From positions 1,711,745 through 1,775,744 of the forward strand of contig CM082591.2 of the NCBI GenBank assembly GCA_040954595.2: 64,000 nucleotides of DNA, written 5' to 3'. The translations under genes were made by a program, and so were the position numbers. Shown here in pieces: positions 43,863 to 57,500 of the stretch (position 1 is its first letter; each line of letters opens with the position of its first letter). Origin of the DNA: Balanoglossus misakiensis. Lineage: Eukaryota > Animalia > Hemichordata. The notes beneath the pieces were generated by a model, which saw nothing but the letters and a program-made list of their open reading frames with translations, did not search any database and was not told the DNA's origin.

Positions 43863-45662
43863 TGTATGTATGTATGTATGTATGTATGTATGTATGTATG
43901 TATGTATGTATGTATGTATGTATGCATGTGTATGTATGTATGTATTGTGTATGTATGTTTGCATACGTAATGTAGGCAAACCTAATATTTTACCTTGTAC
44001 ATAGAACAAGACTGGGATTAATTGCAACCGATCTTATCCGTGTGGACATCATGCATCTGCTTCACTTGAGGACGTGATATATACGTCACCAGCGGCGACA
44101 GAGCGCGTAATCCCACGTCGGTATTTGCTGTCACTGGTGCGGAACAGTACAGGCTTTGGCAACAATGTGCAATACCGCCTCTTTAAGATAACCACAGCGC
44201 AAGCTTTGATTCACAACAGATCGGTTGTAACGGTGCCCTTTTTCAACAACGGTTGTTCCGGATGGGGCTACAATCTGGAATCAATGCGGCCATTCCAAAA
44301 GACTTTCGATGTCGAAAAACTGCAAGAGTTGCTTCCAGTGGTGACCATGGACGAATTTAAACATAGATGCGACAGGAAAATTAAAGTCGCTCTTCAAGAG
44401 GACGAACATAGGCGTCATTATTTGATCAGCAGGGATTTTTTTGCAAATCTCTACAAAATCAATCTACCTGCCAACGATGACCTTCTACCAGCCTCAGAAA
44501 TCAACCAGTTACTTAGTTCTAAAGAGGAGTGTGTTGCTCTCTTCCATTGTTACCCCAGCCTTGGATTACCCTTGGCGTTTACAGGCAACGAATTTGAACT
44601 TGTAAATGAACACGTCCAAGTTGCCAAGGGAATTAGGAAGGTGGCGGATGAGATACTAGGGAAGATCCGTGAGTGTGGGCGCGTCATGGCAGTGCACTAC
44701 CGTAACAGGACAGGCGAAGTGTAAGGATTCTCTCTGTGTGTCTCTCGCTCGCTCGCTCTCTCTCTACCTCTTCCCCTCTCTCTTCTCTACCCGTGACCTC
44801 TCTCTATTGCACTATTCTTATACAAGCGTTCAGTAATTTTCGATGGATTGGATCAATGAAAGTGTTTTAATTGATGATTTCCTATCCCCTAGTTGCATGT
44901 ACAAAAAGACGGTTTCAAAGGATTGCACGAGTTTGCGGCTGATTGAAGAAAATAACAAGGTCGCAAAACACTTGGTCGATGTCATATGGAAAGTCTGGCA
45001 AAAAGAAAACTATGGTTGTCTCTACGTCGCACACCCTTCGTGGTCACAGGTATAGTAACCAATCACATTGTGTCTATCAAACGTTTAGGCACGATTTCTA
45101 GTACGAGTATTTTTATTTGCTGTCTTGATGTGTTCAATTTTCGTGTACGTTTGTTTCTGTTTAAAGAAATTCATACACTTACTCAGTAACCGAATACCCC
45201 GGATGAAGATAATGAATGGACATGACATACTGAAAATAGAATTGGTGGGAATGGACGAGTTCAGAAACGACAATTATTATTTGTCGTTGCTTGAGCAGGA
45301 AATATGTATCGGCAAGTATTTATCCCTTTTAACAAAATCGATGTCACGCGAAATAAAATAAAATGAGCCTTTCTGAACTTCTCACAATTCGACTAATGAA
45401 GACATTCAAATGTTACTAAACATCGATCCAACTCCTCTCTCGTCTGTACGACGAGAAAACAAACAAGATGCCTTTTCAATTCCTAATCATATGATATTTT
45501 TCGACAGGTGCTGACGGATTTCTGGGATGGGAAATATCCTACTTTGATAAGACAGTGCTGGAAAAGCGGGAAGAAATCGGGAAAGCTTCGCTGACGTTCA
45601 CGGACTTGGGAATAAAGGAACATTTGACGGACAAACTGTGGAAAGTCCACCATGATGAATGA
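43171..45662 (+). CDS. O-fucosyltransferase-like type II membrane protein, copy 2 (tandem paralogue); exons ~43171-43359, 44005-44720, 44893-45049, 45167-45311, 45508-45662
   Basis: TM (IIASAAVLLAILMVFPYL), GFGNNVQY, VPFFNNGCSGWGYNLESMRPF identical to copy 1, VMAVHYRNRTGEV, LYVAHPSWSQ, EQEICIGADGFLGW. Same intron positions as copy 1. Confidence 0.75.
43833..43957. repeat. (TATG)n microsatellite in intron 1 of O-FucT-like copy 2
   Basis: Seen directly. Confidence 0.97.
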
Positions 45663-47491
45663 ACTACGAGAGTTCTGTAACATTTGCCTTCATATACAGA
45701 TGACCGATCAAAGCAAATCGGCGTAGAATGCAAAGGATGCGACAAACCAAAATAAATCTATCAAATGTCAACACAACACTTGCATATCTCACGTGCACTC
45801 ACAAATATGATTGCAAGATGTAGGTTAGCATACCTACCGGTACATACGACACAATAAAAAGTTGTACACACAAACATTTAGCTTTATTTACTTGGTAATA
45901 TAAAACACAGAAATCTCACAATATTTTATAAAAGTGATATTTTCGGTGGCATTCTCAACCCGAATTCCGAATATTTAATAGCACACTTGGTCAGCTTGAG
46001 CAGGACGTTAATAACACCACACCCTATACGTCATTTTCACGATCTTACATATCTGTTCTTCCGCTGGCACGGGGTTATCAAAATTCTCCATTTTGGGACA
46101 AGAAACGCGTCAACATTGCTGAAAAAGTGTCCAATCTGTAATTCAGTACATAATTCATTGACAACGGCTGCAATTATGGGGGGTTTGTAGATGTGTTAGT
46201 CAACCCGATGTAGTCCTCATAGTACTAACAGAAATACGAGGATGTATGATCAAACATGGGTCATAAAAATGGCGTCAGATGTTGAAAAGCCGACGCTGTC
46301 AACATTTGGTACGGTTCCACTTTTATTACGCGTGAAAACACATCATTGTACAATCAGACAAGACTCTGGTGTCATGCTGACGAAAACTTGCCACTATGCA
46401 CACAGATTAGCCTCACTTTTAAAAAAAGTCTCACACGATTAAAATACCGGTAGATTATCGTTAGCCTACAAGTAGAAAGTAAAAAATACTTAGTAAAATA
46501 ACATTTGAGGTATGGCGCCCCCTTCTGTCATACATTTGGTTTTCACTTTATTAATGGCACACCACCACATCGGTGCACGTATTTTCAGTCATTTGTATTT
46601 ATCAAATGAGTGCAGAAATTCTTTTCTATCTTCTACCGTATATCCAGATGGTGCATGTGTCCACGTGATGTGATGAGAAATATGTCGGCTGTTCAGCGAT
46701 TTGCACAAGCATTATTGATAGTGGTATAAACTCAAAACTATTCATAGATTCTCCGATTTGGGAGAACATGTGATGATTGCGTGGGCTAACAGCCTTGGTC
46801 CGTTGTCTTGATTAGAAAACTCAATGCCGCAACCGTCATTACCTGCAGTTCGAAACCCAATCATTTCAGCATCGAACTTGAAAAATAATTGGCATTTTTC
46901 CTTGCTTGCCGATGGCTTCACCGGATGATCTATACCCTCCTGTGGCAGGACACTGATCAAAAAATATCAGGAAATTGGGGAAAAATCGGTGACCTTTAAA
47001 ATTTGGATTGTAATAAAAGTAAATGAACTGCCTTGGGAAATGTTTCAGTGGATATTTGTAGGTTAATAGCGCTGGGCCAAACAGCCCTCCGGACAGTGTA
47101 TATAAACATTGCTGTTTGTGCACACGCTACATCATGCAAAGGTTTCACAAAGGTCCCAACATCTTCGTGTGACGAGTTGTGACTGTCCTATTAAAGTTGA
47201 AACGGTAACTGCATCAGAAATAGAAATGTCCACAATATGTTCTTTCTTTTCACAAATCAAAATCAAATTTAGGGCTTACTATCAGTTTACTTCAAAGACA
47301 ATTTTTTTTTAGATTCACAAGACATTTACAGAAATAATTACAACATACATATGAAAATAGTAAGGAATCTAGCAGAAATTAGTTATTCATAATCCAAGTA
47401 TTATGCTGTGGAACTTTTGAGCAGAAAATAGGCGGGAACTCTTAGTTTCGGAGATCAGAGTCTCTTCGTCTCTTCTTAGTCTGCCAAGTGT

Positions 47492-48505
47492 CTAGCTGTT
47501 TGGAGTATGAATGGTGTGGATAACAGACTCGTCAGCGATCTTGTTCCTGACACACGGCGAGCATGCACAGAACTTCTTGAGGAGGTTATGGCGGAACTGT
47601 TTGTACTTGAACACGTATATGAAGGGATTCAAGATGGAGTTGACGAACTTGAGAAGAATGATGAACCGGGCGTAGGTGGCCATCAAGTTTATTTCGGTGC
47701 CGAGGTTGTAACAGAGGAACAAGAGACTATCCGGCGTCCAGCAGATTCCGAAGGCCATGATGACCAATAGGAGCATACGGATGACACGTTTCCGGGCAAG
47801 AAGAAGTGCCTGGGCGCGGTCGTCAGCCATGTTGTTGCCTCGCATGATGTTGGTGGCGCTCTCTCGTAGACAGGACAGAATTTTGTAATAGGCAACAGCC
47901 ATGAACACCATAGGTATCAGATACGTGACAATAAAGTACATGACTCCTATTCCTTTGCCGGTGGCGGGGCTCGGGTACACGGCGAGGAAGCAACCGAACT
48001 CTGGGTCATAGCCATGGAAGGCAAGGTTGAAAAACTGCAGCACGAAGACAAAGCTCCAAGTGATGGTGACCATGGCGGCCGCACTGCACTTGGTGAAGTA
48101 CCTGCCATACGACAACGGGTGCACGATGGCGAAGTATCGCTCTACGGTGACCAGGACCAGGTTGCTCGAGGAAACGTTGATGGTGAACCAGAAGAACTGG
48201 GCACTTGAGTATACGCGGCAGTAGACATCCGCCGACAGACCTCGCGGGATGGACAGTATACCGATGTCCAACAAGAAGCGGTTTCCGATCAGAAGGGCGG
48301 ATGTCAAGAGATCAGCCACGGCCAAATTCAAAATGAAGTAGTTGGTCAGAGTCTGCATGTTAGGCGTGCTGACCACGACGATGATGACCAATGTGTTTCC
48401 GAGAGTTCCGATAATCCCCATCACAAGTTCGGCATAAGCGAACACACTGTCGTACAAAGAAAGCTCCCCTTGAACACCCTCACTCACGTTGGTTAAGTTA
48501 TCCAT
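47492..48505 (-). CDS. Rhodopsin-like (class A) GPCR, galanin/allatostatin-A receptor-like orphan; intronless CDS, probable spliced 5' UTR up to ~49100
   Basis: 337 aa with 7 hydrophobic segments: GN in TM1, NLAVADL in TM2, ERY at the end of TM3, CWTP in TM6, NPFIY in TM7. N-terminal N-glycosylation sequons. Minus-strand donors near 48700 and 48850 and a TATA-like element at ~49102. Confidence 0.9.
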   Translation of the reverse strand: MDNLTNVSEGVQGELSLYDSVFAYAELVMGIIGTLGNTLVIIVVVSTPNMQTLTNYFILNLAVADLLTSALLIGNRFLLDIGILSIPRGLSADVYCRVYSSAQFFWFTINVSSSNLVLVTVERYFAIVHPLSYGRYFTKCSAAAMVTITWSFVFVLQFFNLAFHGYDPEFGCFLAVYPSPATGKGIGVMYFIVTYLIPMVFMAVAYYKILSCLRESATNIMRGNNMADDRAQALLLARKRVIRMLLLVIMAFGICWTPDSLLFLCYNLGTEINLMATYARFIILLKFVNSILNPFIYVFKYKQFRHNLLKKFCACSPCVRNKIADESVIHTIHTPNS

Positions 48506-51500
48506 TTTAAGAACAGTTTGTACTTGTCCACATTTCAGGCAAGAACGTCTCTTTTAAATTGTGGCAGAGTTTGCTTAGTTTCAGTTGATCAGAGCGTCAG
48601 TATTTTGACCAGATACATGGAGAATCAGGTCTTGCTTCAGCTCTGTCATGTTACAAAGAGATAGGAAAAGAGATTAATATTCGATAATTTGGAAACTTAC
48701 CTGCATTGAAACAGAGGTACCACAGGTTACAAAACACTCAGCAAATCAATCAATCAATTGTAACGAGTATTTTGCAGTAAATGAAAAGGCAGAATACCTA
48801 TAGACGGAATAACACTCTTAGTTTCGGGTTGAATATTTCTTCAAAACTTACCAATCCTGTGATGATGACAGCTTACACAAACTTAATGATCCATAGTCTT
48901 GGCAAACACGTGTTTCAAAAGTTAAAAGCCTAGACCAGAGAACCTTCTATCAAAGTGTCAATAAATGTGAAAAGCCGGCTGATCCATTCAGAAGTTGTCG
49001 CGATCGAGTCCCACCTCACGCAGTCACTTCTGCAAGTGTGCACGTTATGCCACGTGAAAGTTTCAGCGCGGAGTGTGTTTGGCTTCCAAAGAGGCGAGCG
49101 CTATATATACCGGTACACATGAAAGTCAAATTCCTCAAATCGAGGCTGATGGACGATCTTTGTCCTGTTGTTACACAGAGCTTGAAATAGTTGCCGTTGG
49201 GCGAGGCTGGTCGTCATGGAATCGGGCAAAAAGCATATTACCGAGCCAAGGTGGTCAGCCAGCCTGTGATCACATGTTCTATGGCTGCCGGCCAGCTTCT
49301 ATCGATTTTCGCTGACAACACTTGTCTATAAAATTATGCACCGCGTTGTCATGCGATAATTATCGCCCATGAAAAAGTGGAAGAATATCTATTTCATCAA
49401 GCCGCCAACCAACAGAACTGTCGAGGAAAGATCAAGAAAGTGAAACGAAGAGTTCTCCCCTGGTCGATGTATTGTGGATGAATAAAACTAAAACTAGATC
49501 TTGCAGCTTTTTGTGTCTGTGCCTCAGGGGACATGCGCAGTTACGCGTTGAATCTGGAATAGATTTTTTACGACGTGCGATTCAAACGCCAATTATACAG
49601 TGGCACTGTTTTAAGTGCTCTGAACACATATCTGCCCACTTTCACTTGTGGTTTCGGCGAGTTTATGTCCAGTGATAAATCTTAGCAGTGACAATGAACT
49701 AACCATTCTGAAATGTAACTTCAGGAAACAATCAATTGCAAATCCGTTTCAACTTTTTCCCCTTATATTTGTATAATAACATCTGTTGAATAAGCCTAAC
49801 ACGTAAAAGCCAGTACAGCGCATGATCACTCCAAGCGACACTCATTAGGGATTGTTTTATCTCTGAATGACGGGAGGATGTACGGATGGATGGATCCTAT
49901 TTGGCAGTACTGTAATTGTCCCCAGTCACTATAAAACCGGATAGCAATATTCAATTAAGTATGCAAATAAGTGTCTCACAATTGCCCAGTAACATGTTAC
50001 CCTAGTGTCATCAGAACGCCGTAAAATTCAATTTGAACACGACATGATATACAGCTTACACCATTTTAAACAAGATGTCGCGATGACACATATAAATCAA
50101 ACCTGCAAATAAAACAATTCCATGAAAACCTAATCAGCTGAGCTGTATTATCGTGTAGTTTCAAGGAAGTTTATGTCATGTCGCTTGGTTAGTACGTGAG
50201 CTTAGTCGCTCTTAGTCGATTGAACCATGGAGGTATTAGGTTCTACCTCCGTGGTTGAACAGATTTGGTCTCAACATATTAAGGGCCCTGGGGGTCCTTG
50301 CAGTTTGCATTCTCTCCTAACAGTTAACGAGAATGACATCACGATCATTGTCTCGTTGCTGTGGCAGTGCCTGTCACCAGCTGTACCTACAAGGTGTTTC
50401 ATGTTATTGATACGTTAAGTGATTGTTTGCGTTAAATGTAATAATTGAAATTTGTCGCCCGCGTGTTTCTGCACGTATTTCTCTCCTCTAGTCTAGCTTA
50501 TTTGCATGTTACCAATCAATTCAAGTCCTTGACTGGAATACGTGTCTACCTGCATGATGCATGCAGCATATTTAGCATACACGTGAAAAACGCTTTTGGT
50601 TAACGCGCTGTTTCCGCATCGTATTTCTGACCTCAAGAATCCCAAGTCTGGTTTAGCGTCTGAGTTGATCCTTTTTAAATCGTGGTCACTTATTGATCCA
50701 ATGATCCTATACGCGAGTTTGATCGAGGGGGGGGGGTCGACTCCCACGGTGGGTGTCACACCTCCTACCTAATTTCCTGTCGTGTAGTCTGTGAACCCCT
50801 CGCTTGCAGACACAGCGGGAAAATAATTGCCCCTCGACAACCATAACACGAAACCTGCTAGAAGTAAATCACAGGAACTGTCAATCTGTGATAATTGGAC
50901 TTTAAATCTGGTCGTGTCTTGCGATACGTATACGCGCAGTTTCGGTCACTGTATCATCACGTAAACTGATCAAACGATCACCCTTTTCGCGGGTAATTAT
51001 AGGCGCGAGCATCACCTACAATTGAAACACGAACGTGGAATCTCGATTGATATTCCATTGCTGCACAAGTGTCTTCAGCTGCATTTGGCCAGCATGATAC
51101 CGTGACGTCACTTTCTTTGCTTTGAAATGAGATTGTTAAGCGTATCTATATGTTCCCAATCGTCCATTGTTAAGAACATTAACCATTGATAGTCTGACGC
51201 ACATCAATGGCGCAACAACCAAGAATATACATATGCAAAGAAGCGTACATCTTGAATTATGCAGGAAGAGAATCATTATCTTATCTTTAGACGCTATTTT
51301 AATTATATTCGTTGCTCGTGAGGAGTTATTCATTTAATCTAATCTCTGAAAGGACTGTTTTCTCAGTCACCAGGGCTGACCCCTGTCTTTGTCAGCACTC
51401 ACTTTTTATGCCACAGTTACAGATTGGAAATGTGTAAACAATCTGATTTTTTTCGAAATTGTAAACATTCAATAGCCTATCCTCGTGAGACACGATTCAT

Positions 51501-54500
51501 ACTTTGTGTGCACGTTGTGTACTACATCAGCAAAACTAGTGCACTGAGATACGCAGCTGTCCGATAAGTAAATATTCACTGAATGTTTCCATTATTTTCT
51601 TGCACGCATTCGGACAATCATTTTTAACTACAAGAAATGCTCGTTCCATCTATCTTGCTTCAAGGAAAGCGAGAAATTAATAAACATTCAAACACCTATT
51701 CTTCAATCAGGGTAGAAGACATTCATCGGTGTATAGAACAAGACTGTCTAGTTGCTGATTGTGGTGCTAGTCACCTGGCATCACTATATAAATTTTGAAA
51801 AGTACAGTCACATTTCCAGAGGTGTGATGCAAATGTTACACAGATAATTCTCCACCGAGACCTGCACCATGATATTTCGTACAATGCTGGTCGGTTTTTG
51901 CAAGCCACGACACGTCTTCCGCTAGAATTTCTCTGTTGTTGGGATGAATACACGTACGAAAATTAGTTTAACTGAAATCGTCGGCTGAATTTGCGGCGCC
52001 TTTCATTTCACAAATTGTTGTTCGGTGTCTTCACTTGCTGTAAAGAGAATCGTGTGATTTCTCGTTGTAAGAAGGATTTCACACAACAGCCAATACAAAA
52101 ATACTTCCTGAACGCGTGTTTTGATCTTTCGTGTTAGCTTGCTGTCAGCATGAAGTCGTCTGCCCTGGAAAGGGCGGGTAAAATCTGCACCCAACCGTTT
52201 TATATAAAAGAACTGAATTATACATAATGGCTGCATCACTACATGTGAATATACAAAACCATGATACAAAAATGATACAACTCACATGGAAATCACATGC
52301 ACATTTGGCCAAAATAATCCAGTATCCCACGAAGTGTCTGCCATTCAATCTTTTCACTAACAACGTCACGAACTATCAATAAAATTGTAACTGTATCACG
52401 ATATCAGAAAATATTCAGGTTGCTTGAGAGTCTGTGTGTCTTTCTCTGTCACTTCATCTGTCTCAGGGCCCATTTTCATCTAACTTCAGATATAACTATG
52501 TAGTTCACGAGAAGGCAATCTCCACGGACCATTTTCGACGTGTTTTATTCTTATGAAGCCGAGAAGGTCTCTACAATACGTACAGGTAATCAATTAACTA
52601 TAGCTGCATAGGATTTCAATTGGCAAGGACTGAGGTAATTCAAACAGGAATAAGAAAATATATCAGCACTTCACTGCCGGCTGTATTTCAATTCATTTGT
52701 TCACATTTAAAGAAATCAAAGTCATGTTTATACGATAGCCTAATCCCATTTCCTTCATGCAACAAATTCCAAACAGGTCTTATTTATAAACGTGTAAATG
52801 CCAACCCACGAGGCGAGTAACATGCAAAATAATACAGCTATTGTAAGTAGTCAAAGAAGCGAGTGAATTGAACACGATGAGGTACACACGCAATCCCGAG
52901 AGTTTCTGTTTGTATGGCGCGGTGTTTCCATTCAAGATTTCATTCTCTCATTCACGTATAGGTAATTGCCCTACATTGGATTCGGAAACACGTCCGTTTT
53001 CCACGCTATTAGCACGCAAGGTTGCTAACGTTGAGCCCCATTGCTGCCAGATTGTCTTGCCTTGCTCGTCAGAGAACCTGAAGTAATTGGACGTCAATCG
53101 GAGACTAGTGTCTGATCATTGGGTACTCAATTACTCAAGCACACTACATATTCGTTAAGCCTAATACGTGTATGAGATAATTCGACTTCTGGAATATCGC
53201 CTTCTAGACAACCATGAATGGCTGAGGTATCTGGCCAAGTAGTGTGCGAGAGGCTAAGCTAACAATAACTTTTCATGCTTTGGAAACCACCACGTGATCA
53301 AAAACGCGTTCGGAAGTACCACTTTTGCAAAGTTAAGCCTGATAAGAATCTATGAGTATGGTTCTAATGCTACAGTGACCGTCACGTGATTATGCACACG
53401 CGTGAGAAATCGCATGAAATTTTGGGATGAAGACTGCGACCAATCTTTAATGACGCACACACCAGCGGGTTATTTGCTCAAGTAAACACTCTCCCCACAA
53501 TTCGCCTTTTGTATTAGATCTTAAAGTATCTCTAATCTACCGGACTCTGATACAAGTCTCTGTGGAAATCTCATTATTAATGACACTATTGATTCTTGCG
53601 GTAACCCACAAATGAGATAATCTTAATTTATTAACTTTTAGTCCCCAGTAACTTATTTTCAGGGTAAAATATAAACAACGGTTTTAATGTAGAAGCAAAA
53701 TTAAGTTTTCATTACTATGGGGGTTTAATCTTAAATTAAGACTCACATTCTTTATGGTATGATATGGATTAAACTTGACCCAAAGGTAAACGATATTAAG
53801 AAAAATATTTTCCTTTGAAAAACAGGAATTTCAATCAGGTGAGAAACAGATTGATTACAGGCTTAAAGGTCACTCTGTAAACAAATTAGTTTTAGCGCAT
53901 TATCGTGGTTGAATTATCGGAATTAATGGCACGCGAGTAATATGACTAACAATAAAAAATCGGAACTGAAAATATGTTTAACAGCTTCGTTTCAAGATTA
54001 ATGGCGATGTGATGACATCGGGGTAATGTTGTTGTCATGCGAAATCAAAAGTAGCCAAGTGGAAGTAATAAAATATGTTGTGTGCTATAAGTAGCTGCGA
54101 TGAAATTTCCGTCTTCCTTTTCTTTGCTGTTGTCAGAATATGTTCTGATGGTTTTTTGTTCACTTCGACTGACATTAGCCATTTTTGTGAGCCACAAAGA
54201 CCAGTGACAAACACACATGCCGTGAATCGAAAAACACTCAACACTCGTACGGATACGAAACAAAAGCCGTGACTGTGGAAACGTGTTGAAAGGCTCAATG
54301 CCAAACCCATCACGCAAAAAGGCACACGCGGCAATTATCTGTACGAAATGGTGACTTGGTTTACAAGTAGATTGTGACTTTCCCACAGCTACTGACTAGT
54401 GGACACCAGCAGAAATGCTGACCAGGAGTTTTTGGACATCATGCAGCCCCTAGGGGTCGTTTCAACCCACATTTCTCGCTGATGGTATAACATTGGAATT

Positions 54501-57500
54501 ACTGGGCAGAGTTGCAATGAAAATAACATACTTTCAACGATATCCCATTATCTCTCTCAGTATGTTATCTCGTTAGGAAAAAAACACACTCAAAGTATTT
54601 CGTGTCAAATTGGACGCAGTTAAGACTTGAAACATGTGAGAAGACCGCATGATTTTGTACCTCAGTCTGTATATCTATCCATAATTTATTTAAATGTTTT
54701 TCGTGTGTTTTTACTTGTAAATGAGAATCCATGTCTAAACTTACCTTGCGTAGGCAAGGCATTATGTTCAGTTCAGAATTACACAAGTACCTGATCGCAA
54801 GGAATCTTTAAATTAAATCATATCTCATATCACAAATTCATCCTGTAACTTAAGTATTCTATCCACTCAAGGCACTTTCTCTAATGGTACAGACCGCCGT
54901 GATCTCAATATCATTTTCTTACTTACATAAGCGTACGACCCTCCTGCCAAAGTGAAGTTACTTAAAGGAACCTTGAAGGCATTTGAGACACAAAGCTTCC
55001 GATAATATTTCCCTCAAAACCTTCCCAGCATGCCCAAAAGCAATGACTAATTTAATGAACATTTCTTCAATTCATTTAATTTCTGTCAAAAAATCACTAA
55101 TGGATATTCCCAGGTTAATGGTCTTAAAACGAGCATTTTCCGATGCCTCCATCAAAGTTCAAAAGACCAAAAATGACTCAGAAATGCTTTAAACCATGCA
55201 TTGGTTTTGCTTGACAAAACAAGGGAAAATACAGCTGCGAATTCAATCCAGCAACCTCAAGCATTCCTATATACATCCATGGCGGTTGTCAATACTTGCT
55301 ATAGAATACACTCTTGCAGGTATATAGTATTCAAATTTTCCTGAAATGCAAGGCAGACAAAAGTCCTAATCAAACAATTTTATATACCTAGCGGTGCAAG
55401 CTTTCAAAACTGCCCGTACATGTCAGAAGATTTCCAACTAATGTCATGAAGAGACATGAATACCTTCAACAAATCAAAGTGCACTCACACTAGCAGTCTA
55501 GCGAGGCATGCCAGTTTTGGTGCGCGACAACCAATCAGGTTTATACGGCATCCAGATTTTTTTCTAGTCAGATCTTGCAACTCACATCTTCATCTGAATT
55601 AAAAGAGACATTGAAAGCGAGCCTCGATAGGCAGCCATAGAGCTTGTTCACCCTCAATCATGACAATCGATGTAGATGTGTGATACAAGTGCTCTGATTT
55701 TGAAGTGCTTTCCTATTTTGACACCACGTCTGTGAGAGTACATTCATTTGTCTGTGCGAAGTGAGTGCTTTCAGGGAAATCTCTGAGAGAAAGTCACCAG
55801 TTTTCAATCGGCTGTCCAAAACAGATTCTGTGGGAACCTAAAGTTTATGCCATCGATGTGACGAAACTGACAGCTGAATATCTCACATTTTTGTTTTCTT
55901 AATCGATTCAAGGTAAAGACGCCTAACCTCGACCTTTGCAAGCGGATTTTTGCTAATCCGTTTCATTTAAGGGAATGTATAATCGATTCGATGACGGCAC
56001 TTTAATTAATACATGTTGACAACTTTTTCAAAAGGCGATCATACCTGAATATACAAAGAAATGGGGGGCCACACCACCCAATGTCAAAAATTCAATCATT
56101 GAATCAAGAATGACAGTTGACATACATAGGTACGTTTGAACGTCCATACAGAATCGCATCGGGAGAATTTGTAAGAGTTTTGAGTTTCTGTTGATTGTGC
56201 AAATACTTTTCCTCGTGCCTAACAGTTGCGCCATGAGGGAGCAAATAGATACATAATGATGCCAATTCTGTAAATGTCAGGCCTCCAGTTACCGACACAG
56301 GATGAGTGAATACCTCAAAAAGGTCACCATTTTTGTTCCAGTCGTGCAGAGTGTAATTACACCATCCAATAAGCAGTTTCACCATCCAATAAGCAGTATC
56401 ACAATCAGATGTATCGGTACTGGTGAAAGCCAGAGAGGGGATGGCTCCGAATTCAAAGTGTTGCGTGGTTACAATAACAATGCAGCATTTCCAACTAACG
56501 ATGTTGTGTATATTTAGTTAATTTGTCAAACCATCATGGCAGAGAATGACGCTTTGTACAGAACTAATCAAGCCAGCCACCGAGAGACTGAGGCAACTTC
56601 AGATTTCCAAAGTGCCGTTTCCACAGAAATGAAGTAAAAGTCACGAGCTCTCGCTGCGGAAGTCGTGTGAAGTAACATTCTACAATCACGGATTATGCCA
56701 TCGGCCATAGCAGAAATGCATGCACAAACTAAATGCATAAACACAGATTGATAAATACACATTGTGTAAATCAACACGAAACAAGCTCATATTTTGGGCA
56801 AATAGAAAAACTTCATGTATAGACTTTTCAGTGTCCTCTGATTTTTAGTGCAGGCTTATGAGAGGTGATGTTGTTCGATCAACATTGCTAAGAAGTAAAA
56901 AATATCTGACTATATATGTTTTTTTAATTCCCAAAAGATTAGTAATTTGAAATACGTGCCGAGAGACAGCGATGTACACAAGGAACTCTTAAATTACATG
57001 ATGCCTGAACACAATCCTCGGTCTTCCTATTATGTACATAATAGGGAGAATGGTTCACTGTTGCCAAGGTGTTGAGTGGTGAACAACGATAATAAGCGTA
57101 TATTGCACTTCCAGTAACTTGATAACTGGATGCATGGACTTTTTTAATTATAGCTGTCAATCGGATTACGACAGAGCGTTATTAAATAATAAAGGCCATG
57201 TCACCCGGTTTCTTTGATAAACAAGTCTTTATCAATGAAAGTGATAATGATGAAAACATGAATATCTGTCGTTTGTCCCAGCTGGCCCAAATATGAGATA
57301 AATTTATGATCCTTACATTCAACGACCGACAATGGGAAGTGCCCATGCATGCATGGCTGGTGAATGTTGTTGCACGCAGAAACTGGGTTAATTAAAAACA
57401 GAAGATTAAAAATATAAAGGGTAAAACATAATGAGAGTTAGGCCTGCTGTCAGCTATTTTCGTAGTACCCTTGGCAGGTTATATCTTAAGTTAGGAGGCT

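Noticed and set aside
43606-44027. ORFs with MYVC/YIHT repeats
   Set aside because: These are translations of the (TATG)n microsatellite.
54035-54386. Cluster of 65-113 aa ORFs in the non-coding region
   Set aside because: No family motifs or consistent exon structure.
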